From Guillardia theta CCMP2712 (taxonomy: Eukaryota; Protista; Cryptophyta): a stretch of DNA of 64,000 nucleotides. The notes below the pieces were generated by a model, which saw nothing but the letters and a program-made list of their open reading frames with translations, was not told where the DNA came from and did not search any database. The DNA lies in the NCBI RefSeq assembly GCF_000315625.1, contig NW_005434648.1, positions 658,974-722,973 of the forward strand, read 5' to 3'. Positions within the stretch are counted from its first letter, which is position 1; each line of letters starts with the position of its first letter. The position numbers and the translations under genes were made by a program. Of this stretch, positions 36,501 through 48,300 are shown in pieces.

Positions 36501-37224
36501 CGCCCTACTCTTCAACCATGAAGGGGATCCCATCCACGAATACGCCGAGCAGCTCAAAATGAAGTTTGACAAGCTGTGGGCCAAAAATGCGAGGCCGGAG
36601 GAGGCTGCCGCCAAGAGCGAAACTCCCACGGCCGACAAGAGTGCGAAAAAAGTGTTCAAACAGGAGAAGGAAGCGGCAGCTGAAGCCAGTCAAGCCCCGG
36701 CCGCTGAACATGTAAGTGACAAAGTTGAATGAGAGACTGAGAGATGAACTCCCTCCTCCCTCCTCTCTCCTCTCCCTCCTCTCTCCTCTCCCTCCTCTCT
36801 CCTCTCCCTCCTCTCTCCTCTCCCTCCTCTCTCCTCTCTCCTCTCTTCCTCTCTCCTCTCTCCTCTCCCTCCTCTCTCCTCTCTCCTCTCCCTCCTCCCT
36901 CCTCCCTCCTCTCTCCTCTCTCCCTCTCCCTCCTCTCTCCTCTTTCCTCTCTTCTCTCCCTCCCTCCTCTCTCTCCCTCTCCCTCCCTCTCCGCTCCTTC
37001 CCCTCTCTCCTTCCTCCCTCCCCTTCCCTTCCTCTCGTTCTCGATTTTTTCGTGTCTGATGAAATTGATAGTGGTTGGATTGGGCAAAGACGACCATCCA
37101 GCAAATGCTCGACGACGAACTTTCTCTTCCCTTCCGAGAGCCTGTCAACCCCGTCGAGCTCGGGCTGGATGACTACTGGGAGGTATGATACATCCTCCTC
37201 CTCCTCCTCCTCCTCCTCAATATT

Positions 37225-37262
<38 letters not shown>

Positions 37263-37658
37263 CATCATATGCATCCACTTCGCCCTCCTCATCCTCATCC
37301 TCCTCCTTCTCGTGCTTGCTGATAATCCTCCCAGGTGATAAAGAACCCCATGGACTTGGGAACGATCAGCAAGGGGCTCAAGAGGAGGAGATACTCGTCC
37401 CTTGCCCAGGTGGTAGAGGACACGGTGCTAGTGTTTGAAAACGCGATGCTCTACAACAACCGATCAGACCCAGTGAACAAGAGCGCCAAGGAGATGCTTG
37501 CCAACTTCAAACAGGAGCTCTCTCAGTTCGAGAGAAGAGCTGGCGGAGCAGGGCAAGCAACCCTAGGTGATACTTCTGCGAAGAAGAAACGGAGCAGAGA
37601 AGAGAATGCAGAGGAAGTAGAACCGTCGAGCAAGAAGGGCAGAAAGAGCGGAGGTGAC

Positions 37659-37690
<32 letters not shown>

Positions 37691-38632
37691 GGAAGTTCCG
37701 AAAGAAGCATCCACCAAGAAGGGAAGAAAGAGTGAAGGAGGAGCAGTTGCGGAGCAAGTTTCCACAGAACCGTCCGCCAAGAAGGGAAGAAAGAGCGGTG
37801 GCGGAGGAGGAGCAGAGGAAGTTCTGAAAGCAGCATCCAACAAGAAGGGAAGAAAGAGTGAAGGAGGAGCAGTATCAGAGGACGTGCCAACAGAACCGTC
37901 GAGCAAGAAAGGCAAAAAGAGCAGCGGGGGAGGAGCAGGAGGAGTGGAGGAGAGCGGGAAGCTGGAGATCGGGGCGACAGTCAAGATGCTGTTTGACGAC
38001 GGGCAGTGGCATGAGGGGGTAGTGGACAAGTTTGACAGCAAGAAGAATAAGTATGAAGTGCGCTTCGCAGACGGGGACGTTCAGATCACATCCTTCCCTG
38101 ACCCTGACGTGAAGCTGGTGGAGGAGACAGCCTCGTCCAAGAAGCCCCAGCTCCCCCCCGAGCAGGGGTCGAGCAAGTCTCGAGGCAGGAGACCGCAGGA
38201 TGAAGCTAAGGGAAGTGGAAAGAAGGGGAAGGGAGGACAAGGGGGGGAGCTGCTGGAGGACCCGGAAGCGAATCTTGGGCGCCACGTCAGCATGCTCTTT
38301 GATGACGGCGTGTGGAACAAGGTAAATCTCCTCCTCCTCCACCACCACCACCACTGCCTCCTCCTCCTCCTCCTCCTCCTCCTCCTGTCTTGGTCTCTCT
38401 ATCCTCTCCTTTGCCCTGCTGTCCGCTCCCACCCTCCCATCACCCTTCTCTTGCTTGTCCGCTCCCCCCCCCCCTCTACCAGCGGCGTTCAGCTGACATG
38501 GGGCAGGGGGTGATCATCAAGTACCACATGAGGTCGGGCAAGTATCGCATCAGGTTCGAGGACGAGGAGGAGCTCGACGTGCTGCTGCCCAACGAGGAAG
38601 TGAAGCTACTGGAGGAGTTCAGCTACACCTAG
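30564..38632 (+). CDS. Very large chromatin reader: DDT, WHIM-like, PHD, two Tudor/Agenet-like, LysM-like, four bromodomains, two C-terminal Tudor-like domains (BPTF/PTM-related)
   Basis: DDT: LLRVYSTLRTFSFLLRLAPFTL..LDFMSWPEFL. PHD: LICCDGCPASY..WFCEEC. Bromodomains: SWPF..AKSYN, LFRLPVD..AYEYN, AWPFEEPVD..ALLFN, LPFREPVN..AMLYN. Tudor-like: MLFDDGQWHEGVV and MLFDDGVWNK-GVI. The ORFs join through plausible GT-AG introns. Confidence 0.88.
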
Positions 38633-38664
38633 GGGATCAAAACTTTAATGCACCACCGCTGGCT

Positions 38665-40606
38665 CTACTGCAGCCCCTGGTACTGCCCCAGGTCTGCCCC
38701 GTACTTGTCCACCCCCGTGGTCGTGAAGCCGATGGCCTCGACGGGTCCCATGCCCTGAAGGAGAATGAGACGCAGGAGGTGGCGCAGTTGGGGAGGGTGG
38801 GAGAGAAAGAATGAGAGGAGGGAGGGCAGGAGGAGATGGCAAGGACGAGGGGAGGGAGGGAGGGAGGGAGGGAGGGAGGGAGGAAGTGCTTCATCGGTGA
38901 AGAGTCAGGGGAGGAGCAGGAGGGAAGGATTAGAGGAAGTAGATGGGCTTGCCTTGCCCAGCGAGGGCTGCTTGGCGTAGCCGGCAAAGGAGACGCTCTT
39001 CTTGCTGAGAAGAGACTCGAGGAGCCATGATCCGAAGAACGTCTCCCCCCTGCTGAGTCGTCAGCAGCTGCTCGGAAGAGGAAGAGGAAGCAGGAGGGAG
39101 CCGAGGGGACTGTGGACGGGGAAGAGATGGGAGAGGAAGGGTACCTGTGCGTGACTGAGAGGACAGCCTTCTGTGCGATGATGGCGTTGAACGCTGGCTT
39201 CAAGGCAGAGGCAAACTTGAGCATCTTGAGAAGAGTCAAGACTTGAAAACGAGCACAAGCATCGTGACCGCACAGAGGAAGGGAAGGAGAGGAAAGTAGA
39301 AAGAGGGAGAGAGGAGGAGAGAGTTGGAGAGGAGGAGGTGGAAACAAAGGGGAGAGTGAACAAGAGGGGGAGGAGGGGGGGGGGGGGTTGGAAGCAGAGG
39401 AGGGGGAGGGGAATAGTTTGACCTCAATCTCCGCGTTCTCGTCCTTGAGAGCGCTGAATACATCCTCCGGTGCTCCACTCATCCTCGAGTTGAGACAAGC
39501 GACAGCAGCGCAATCCTTCGGAATAAGCTCCCTGGATAGCAAACTGGTTCAGACCTCCCCGAAACTTCTCCCCCACCTCCTCCTCCTTTTTCCCCTCCTC
39601 TGCCTCCTCCGCCTCTACCAAAGTCTCCAACTCTGCCAACGTCTCCAACTCTGCCAACGTCTCCTCCTCTGCCAACGTCTCCTCCTCCTCCCTGTCACCG
39701 GATAGCGGTTGCCTCCTCCACCGTTGCTGCTTCCACGCAGATGATCTTGGAACCAGATGCCACAGCGCTCTCGCACTGGAGGAAGACGTTCAGTCTCACC
39801 ACCCTTCCAGCAGGGACGAGCACATCACCTCCTCCTTGCTCCTCACAAGGGTCAAAACTTCGATCCCCAGTGCGCTACAGGCCTTCTTCACCTCCTCCAA
39901 GCTTGCAGAGGACATGGGTACCAGCACCCCCTCCACCCCCGCAGCCTTCGCCTCAGCCACCTGCTCGCAAGCAGCTGAGCACGAGCAGAGAAATGACTCT
40001 TGCTGAGACCTGACGCGACGATGTGACCTCGCCAGTGCGGACGACAGGGAGAGGACCAGGAAAACTTCCCTTGGCTGACAACTGCAACGCAAGTCAGTAC
40101 GTGCGCATGGTCCTGCGTCCAGCTCTCACTTGCTCTTCGACGAACTTTTCGCAGTCTTGGAGTCCCGACTTGCTGTCAGCGTTCACGAAGATGGCTCCTG
40201 CCTTCTCTCTGCGCATCTTGAGGGAGAACTGACGGAATTCCACGCCATGCAGGGCGCCGTCGTCAGCATTGGGATGACGGGAGAACTCGATGGCAACACT
40301 GACAGCACCAGAAGCCTTCTTGAGAGCCTTGAAGAGCTTGGTCGAAGCCTTGGCTTCTTTTCCTTCCTCCACTACTCGGAGAAATTTCTCCACCTCCTCT
40401 TCGTTGATCGCCATCTTCAACAATCCACAACCCCGGTCCCTCCTGACACGAAGAGCTTGAACACGAGGCCTGAGGGATGAGAGCGTATTGATGCGAGAGG
40501 AGGGCGTGAGGGACAAGGAGACATGTGCTGTGGATGAGAGAAGGTAGCAGAGGGTGTGGCTGATGCAGCAGACGAGGAGGAGGACGAAGAGCGGCGCTCT
40601 GGCCAT
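38665..40606 (-). CDS. Indole-3-glycerol-phosphate-synthase-like TIM-barrel protein with a bipartite (signal plus transit) leader
   Basis: MARAPLFVLLLVCCISHTLC then an S/R-rich transit-like region; LFKALKK..VAIEFSR, FPGPLPVVR, QVAEAKAAGVEGVLV, SALGIEVLTLVRSKEE follow the TrpC pattern. Confidence 0.65.
39623..39690. repeat. 18-bp intronic minisatellite (GTCTCCAACTCTGCCAAC), about 3.5 units
   Basis: Direct reading. Confidence 0.85.
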
Positions 40607-40727
40607 GGCGGCCTCCGTTCCTGCGCTTCCTGCGACAGCCCGCCTCAGAAAATGTGAAGCTTGGAATCGAATCAAACCGATCTGACTACCCTGATCCGAA
40701 TCGAACTGAACCGATTCGGCTCCTCCA

Positions 40728-43081
40728 ATGCACATCAGGGTGAAGACGCTGACGAGGAGGACGTTTGGGCTGGACGTGACGCCTGACGACTCCATCATGA
40801 GCATCAAGACGAAGCTCTCCAAGGTTCCCCCTCTCCTCCTCCTTCTCTTTATCTCCCTCCTCTCCTCCTCCACCACGTCCTCTCTCGCCCTCACCTCCTC
40901 CTGCTCCTTCTCCCTCCTCTCCTCCTGATCCTCTCCCTCTCCCAATGTCGTGGTCTCTCAACTTCACACTCTCCTTCCTTTCTCTCTACTTTTCAGCCTC
41001 TTAGAACCGTTTGCTCGTCCATTTCCTTCATCCATTGCTTTCCTCTTTGCACCAACGCTCCATGAGATTCCTACGCAATTCTGCCGCAACAGCATGCTGT
41101 TGACTGTTAGGGGCATCAATAGAAAAAGAATTTTTGATGCATCAGCAGGAGACAGGCATTCCCCTCAAGGGACAGAAGCTCATCTACAAAGGAGAAGTCC
41201 TACAGACAGGAAGTGTGGAAACTTGCGGGATCTCCGATGACGATTTCCTCGTCGTCGTCGTTGCAAGGTCACCCGATGAAGTCAGTGAAGTGAAGGAGGT
41301 GGACAAGGTGAGCGAGAGCTTGTGCACTGCACCGCTTGTGATGACCGGCGAGCAGAAGAAGTCAAGCTACAACTCAGAGCAGGAGAAAGCTGAAGCCACA
41401 AGAGCAAGGTCGAGTCTCTCAGCTGCGGAGCATGGTGGGAGCTCATGGTCGGGTGCAGGGAGAAGGCTCTAGCGTCAGTGCGGAACGACAGCAATCAAGC
41501 AGGAAACTTCCCTGTGCAGTGAGAGTCTGATGGAGGAGACGCCTCGAGCCTCACGTGCCGCAGGTTGACCGAACTCATCCAAGCGCTCGCCACCTTCTCG
41601 GTCGCGGGTCAACAGTTCCAGGTGCAAGTGGACCCGCGCTACGAGGAGGAGTCCAGGTACATGTGCCCTTGTCCTTGCGCTTCTTACCGCATCCTCGACA
41701 GAGACAGGGAAGAAGTTCGTCAGGAGGAGGAGGAGGAGGAGGAGGAGGAGGAGGAGGGAGACGGCGAGGACGAGCACGACCTTGACGGTGAAAATTGCGG
41801 TCTGATGATTGATCGATGACATGGACGGGTAGACGAAGATCAACACGATGATGCCTACGAGGAAGAGCACGAAGATGTGACTCTTGTTGTGTCTGCTGTA
41901 TTGTTCCTGACGGCAAGAGGAGGATGAGGAAGAGGAGGACGAGGAAGAAGAAGACGAGGAGGATGGCGAGGGCATGCTGTTTGAGGACAACGAGTCGCTG
42001 CAGCAGCTGCTCGACATGGGTTTCCCTGAGAACAGGGCAAGGAGAGCGATCGCAATATGTGGGGGAAATGTACAGGTGGAGGAGGAGGAGGAGGAGGACG
42101 GCAACGAGGGACTTACAAGAGGAGCAGAGGAGCATGGAGTGGTTGCTGGAGCATGAAGGTGATCCAGGCGTCGATGAGCCGATGAGCGAGGATGAGCTGC
42201 GATCTCTTGCTCGCTCGCGACGTGAAGTGAGAAACTTGTTGTGCCAGCGGCGGGTCTTGACGCATACAGCAGGAGGTGAACGGCCCTACCAACGAGGTGA
42301 GAAGGCAGAGAGGGGAAGGAGGAAGAGATCACAAGGAAGCAGGAGGCCGTGACTAGGCTACGAGAGATGGGCTTCTCCGAGGAAGACGTCACGCACGCGC
42401 TGCGAGCATGCGACAACAACTTCGAAGCCGCCATGGCATGGTTGCTCGGGGATCGAGAGGTGAGGAGAAATCGTCATTGCACTGCTGACCTGAGACCCTC
42501 TCCTCATTGCTCGATGGCAGGGAGGAGGAATGGAGGAGGAGGAAGAGGACGAGGAAGAGGACGAGGAGGAACAAGAGGAGGAGGAGGGCGGTATCGACAT
42601 GAGGGGATCGAACTTGAATCCTGCCTTCCTGGACTCGACAGAGATGCGACAAGTGAGGGGAGGGAAGTTGGTCTCCGTCTCTCACCTCCCCCGCAGATCC
42701 TGTCGAACCCAAGAGTAGTAATGCAGCTCCAAGAGATGCTGTCTGACCCTGAGAGCATGAGAAATCATCTCAACAACCCTGAGGTTTTCTCCCTCCCTTC
42801 TTCCCTCTCTCCTGCCCCTTTTTTCCCCTCCTTCTCTCCATCTTCTATTGCATTGCTATCTCCCTCTCCATCTTCTTTCCAAATCCATTCCCCTTCTTCT
42901 CTGCCTCCTCTCTCCCCTTTCGATCTCTTTTTTTGTGTCTTCTTCCTCATCCTCCTCATCCTCTCCCTCACTTCCTTCTCCTCTCTCGCAGCTCATCACT
43001 TCATCTCAGATGCTTCAGATCTTACAAGCCTTCAACAACCACAACTTGCAGTATCGACCTGATGACAACGAACCAGCCTAA
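40728..43081 (+). CDS. UBAC1: UBL-UBA-UBA-STI1 protein, UBAC1/KPC2-like
   Basis: UBL: MHIRVKTLT..GIPLKGQKLIYKG. UBA1: LQQLLDMGFPENRARRA..MEWLLEH. UBA2: LREMGFSEEDV..AWLLGDR. STI1-like: ILSNPRVVMQLQEMLSDP..NNPE..MLQI. Confidence 0.8.
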
Positions 43082-43811
43082 TAAACTCCTACCAATGTCA
43101 GCCCCCCCCCACCCCCCTGTTTCGAAATTTATCACCCACCCTATGCCGTCTCGTTATGCCGCCAGACGGATCTCGAAACCATCTCTCCCCTCCCCTCCCC
43201 TCCCCTCCCCTCCCCCTCCCTCTCCCTCCCCTCCCCTCCTCCCCCTCCTCCTCCCCTCCCCTCCTCTCCTCTCCTCTCCTCTCCCCCCTCTCCTCTCTTC
43301 CCCTCCTCCTCACCAGCGCGTGTCTGTCCCCTTACCTTGTCATCCCTTCTCCTTCTCATCCTCCTCTTCATATTTCATCTCCTCTCCTCCCCTTCTCTCT
43401 TCCCTCCCTCGCCTCAGCAATTTTCTACTGAGATTTCTGTTCATCTCTCGTCTGTTTTCCTATCTCGAATGTGCAGCTTCTTTCTACCTATCGTTGCTCC
43501 ATCGCATTTCATAGCTCGTTCTCTTAGCAAGCTCTCCTCCTCAGGTCGCAACTCCCAGTTCTGACTTGATGCGTTGTCAAGATTGCAGGCACACAGGAGA
43601 TGCAGAGATGTACATTCGAGCTCTCGTCACGTTAGCATTGGGTCGGTAGCAACAACTTCCTTGCAGCGACGAGCAAGACCAACGGCAGCGACATCATCTA
43701 AAACTTTCTTGTTTACAGTCTTTTGTATCATCGTTGAAGCGAATTCCTCCTCTCACAGCGAGGTATCCTTCAGAATCGTTTGTCGACGCGCTGAGAGAGC
43801 ATCAGGTGAAG

Positions 43812-45272
43812 ATGTCGGAGCCATGCAGAAAGAGAGCGAGGGAGGACCGGGAGGACAGTGAGACCAAGGAGCCAAGTTTTGACGAGCTAGTGGATGCAGC
43901 ATCGCGAGTGCTGAAGGAGGATGGCGAGATGAATCACAAGAAGGTTCTCAAGACTCTCAAGCAACAGCTCCCGCGCTGGCGCATCACCGACAAAAAGCTC
44001 CACAAGGCCATCATGCACATCCGATCCGCTCCCAAGGAAGTGAAGGAACAGGTCCACCTGAACACGGAAGGACGATTGATGGGTACGCCGAAAGGTTTCA
44101 ATTATGACTTCAAAGCTATTGACGCGATCGATCTTTCCGACAAGATGATTCTCAAGAAGCTTGTCGGTGAGTGTGAAAAAGCTTACAAGAAGAAAAGCTT
44201 TTGGCTTGCGGCAAACGCGAAGCCAAGATTCACATTAGAAGCACTCGCAAAGCAAATCTTTGGTGAGCCGTAGAGATGAATTGAATTTATCTTATCATTG
44301 CTTTCCCGACAATCATCAAAACAAATGGATTTGACGGTCGGTCGATTGCTTCTGAACAAAACGCAAAAGAATTTCACACAGCCGACGTCAAGGGGTATGA
44401 TGAGACAAGATCAGGAGCAGAATGGTGATGTTTGTGACGTCACCGGCACGACTTATCTTCATGCAGGTGGGTGCAGTTCAGGGGAACAAAGTCAGCTCAT
44501 GGCAAGTCCATCGGCTTTCATTGGGATAGGGATGAGTTCTATGCGGACAGAACTGATCAGAACGTCCATCCTCAGGTGATTCGTCGTCGATCAAAAATCG
44601 CTTTGAGTCATCTGAACATCTAGATCGGGACTGTGACGTACCTCAGCGAGCATGGAGCTCCTACCCTCGTGCTCGATCAGGTCAGGAAGCAAAATGAGAG
44701 CGAGACTCTGACCATGTTGTGCCAAGAGTCCGATTCCCAAAGGAGAATCGCGGGACATTCACTCAGGTGCTCTTAGCCACCCCAAGCTCGGCAAGCATAT
44801 CTGCTTCGACGGCAGATTTCTGCATGGAGTCCCGGCCGAGCTCTCGCGCCACCTCAAGGAGGATCAGTTCACACGGATCACCTTCCTCGTCAACATCTGG
44901 ATTTCCCACATCCCTACTGACACGGCGCCATGGCCGGAGGAGGATGTCAAGAGCATGTCCACGTTTTCTCTTCCTGTCTCCTTCTCGCAGATTCTTCTTC
45001 GCTCGCCTACTGCCGTCACTGTCGACCATAAATGCCCAGTGGGTTCTGTTCTCACAGTCAGGTCGCTGTCGTGAGACCACCCGCAGGTGCAAGGATTCGC
45101 TTTCGGACGGAAGGGGGAATCGCATGAGCTTTGGCTTCCAACACCACGAGGAGGAGGATCGCCGGATGACAACATGGTCATCAGACTACAATCCGAACTT
45201 GACTCAACTCTTTCTCAGGTCTTGACCTTCACCAGCAAGGCTCCTGCTCGACTTGTCCGCTCCATGAAATAG
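43812..45272 (+). CDS. 2-oxoglutarate/Fe(II) dioxygenase-like protein
   Basis: SGAEWWVQ, IGFHWDRDE (HxD), GTVTYLSEHGAPTLVL, FDGRFLHGV (distal His), RITFLVNIW. Confidence 0.7.
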
Positions 45273-45351
45273 CATTTACTTGACGCTTACCAAAGGTGTC
45301 ATGACATCACAAGAAAACGACTAGAAACGAGGGGGATTGGTCCTTGCTATC

Positions 45352-48300
45352 TTACTGCTTGGCTGATGCAGGAGCTTTCTGTTGATACATTCCGTCGATA
45401 ATGTTCCTACACCGACAGAAGTAAGGATTGGAAGGACAAAAAATAAATGAAATGAATGTCGTTACTTGTTCTGTTTCTTGATGAGCAATCGATTCAAGCT
45501 TCCATCAGCATTGATTTCTCCAGACTTCTTCGAAAAATGCTTGACGAGGATAGAAAATCGTCGGACCTGTTTTCTATTAGAAAACATTTGCACAACAGAG
45601 ATTGCGAGCACCTGTTGTGCCGGCACTGCGATCTCTTGATTTGCTGCAGCAAAGCCAGGAAGAAGCCCGTTCGCCCTGAACTTCGTGCAGGCCCTGGCTT
45701 TCTGAACAGTGGTTGCATCGCTTTGTACTTTCCTTGTCAGCTCCAGAGCAGGTTCAGCAAGATCGTCTTTGTCTGGGATAGTTGAAGGATCTTCTCCTCT
45801 TTCAGCTGCCTCAGATCCCTGTAAAGACAGTCAAAATTTTGTTTTGAGTCCATATCCTTTGGAGATCAAACCTTTGTCTTCAAGACCAGCATGCATGACA
45901 AGAATTCTTTTCCGCTCCCTACAACCATGACGTGCGCTACCGCGTCCAGATGCCTCAATAGAACCTGAAGCAAGATACGATCAGATCGATTCTTCTGAGA
46001 AAGACACTCACTTTCTCGAGGTTGATTGCCTCGACTTTGCTTCCATCCGACAACTTCAATACACTCTCATCATCCTCGTCTGTTTCTGCTGGAGCTTGAC
46101 TTGATTCAGCTTGCTTCTGCTCAGTCGGTGCTGCTTGCACAGTGGGAGGAAGTGAATCTTTGCTTGTCGCAGGAGCTTCAGGAGCTGCTGGAGGGGCGGG
46201 CGGAGCTGGAGGTTCAACCTGCGGGGCTGGCGGTGCAGGTGGGGGTGGGGGGGGCATCTGCGGAGCCGCCGGAATCTGCGGATGTGATGTAGGCGATTGC
46301 GGAGCAGATTTTCTTTCAGCCGGTGGCGGAGCCGGTTGAGAAGATGGAGAAGCAGGGTGTTGGGCAGAAGAAACTGGAGCAGAAGCTTCAAGCTGATCTG
46401 AAACTCCGGCGCCAATCTCTTCTTCCTGTGGTGTCTCCATTTCTTGCTGTTCTGCATCTGAAAGTTCGGAAGGACCTGGTCCGTAGTACATCACCTCCTT
46501 AGTTTTCACATCTTCAACCTTCCACATGCCATCTGGCATTTGGATTCCTGGTGTCGAGCCTGTGCGCAAAAGGATTCGCCCCCTCCACTTGAAAGATTTG
46601 TCATCAAACGCTTCACCCCGGGCTGCGGCCATGCAATCCTGGACTAGACTTTTCCAAAGAGGTGGATTGCACATTGGATGTAAAACAGGAACGCCTTTTC
46701 CGGGCATCAGCTGCCTTTCGGCAAAAGCCAAAGGTTTCACACCCTTCTCGCCTTCGACTCCTTGCATTTTCAACTTCTGATCCCGTTTCAAGGTATACTT
46801 AATGTTCCCTCCCGCAGTCTTGAAGACGACGTCTAATTGAGAGTCTTGAGGACCAATCAACATTTCATTTAGAATCTGCTGAATCTCATCGAATTTTCCC
46901 TTTCCAAAATGAAGGTTGTCAATCGACACCAATTGGTAGTACTCACGGATGCCGTCAAATTTCCTGCCTGTTGGAGTTAACAATCCAGGGACCAGCTGCT
47001 CCCCAGGTGCCGTTTCCGCATACGATCCTGGTACTATGCCATCTTTTTCAACATAGAGAGTCTCATTATGGTAGGAGAAACTGATTCCAGGGCTATACCA
47101 TTCCTGCACTCCCGTCTTTGTAATGATTGGAGCGCGTGGTACCAAAGCTTCATACTTTTTCCCCGTTCGTTCGAACTCTATCAGAACATCTGTTCCAGGC
47201 TGACCATCAGTGATAGCATGGGCCCATTCATGAACGGTTTTTTTGTAAACGTCTTGGTAGGGGAACACTTGCACTGGACTTGTTGGAGCGTCACCAATCT
47301 TGTGCACCACATCGCCAGGCAAAATCTTCTTCACGTCCCAATCAGCAGAAATATTTTTTGGATTCAAGTGGAATGCAGGTCCGTTCAAATTCAAATGGTC
47401 CACCACAACCTCACCTCGATCTTCTTTTTTGACAAATGAGATACCACAATGCACACCACTCAAGTTTGCAACATATTTCTTCTGAGGAACCATTCGTGGG
47501 CGCATCACGCGTACGGGCTTTTCATTATTTGGAGACGGAATGTTGATTGCATTGGGATCCACCTTTTTCAGATTGATGAAAGTGGAGAGGTCTTTTTGAT
47601 CCATAGCGTCTTCAGCTTCAGGGGCAACAATTCCCACAGGTTTTCTAACAACGTTACAAGTGTACAGCTCCCCTTTGAAGTTTGCAAACGTCATAACACA
47701 TTCTGTGTCTTCTTTGCCAGTGAGAAGATTATGCCAGGTTTCAAGAGGTTTTCTCGCTATATCTTGTCCATTGACCTCTAAAATCCTGTCGTTGACCTTG
47801 ACCACGTTCCCTAACAAGTCAGCAGGACCATTTGGTATGACTTGTTTTACCCTAACCCAACGATGACCACCAAGGTCTTGGTGGAACACAATGCCGACCT
47901 CACAGTCTTCTCGTTTCACACCGGTTCTCCCTTTGTACATTGTTACATCATAAAATTCAGAGTCCGGAGCTCCGGCATGCCGCAATCGGAGAATGACCCT
48001 GTCCATCCACAACTTTTTAGAAAGCATTTTTTTCATGGTTGCCAATGGTCGAAAACCGCCACGAATGGGTACTAGTTGATTCCTTTCGTTTCCTATCCCA
48101 ATGAGCCAGTCGCCTTCTTGAATTTTGTCCTTGCCATATTGCTTGGCAGGTCCGTTATCGATAACCTTTGCAATCCGAATCTGGCCATTACCGTAGTTCT
48201 TGAATGCGAGACCCAGTCCAAAGATATCTGATTCCCCTGTCGTAGGCTGATACTCTCTCGCAGGAGTCAAGTCAACCAATGCTGCCTTGGGCGCTACAGG

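Noticed and set aside
36505-37438. Long Glu/Arg-rich and Ser/Leu/Pro-rich ORFs
   Set aside because: Translations of low-complexity introns.
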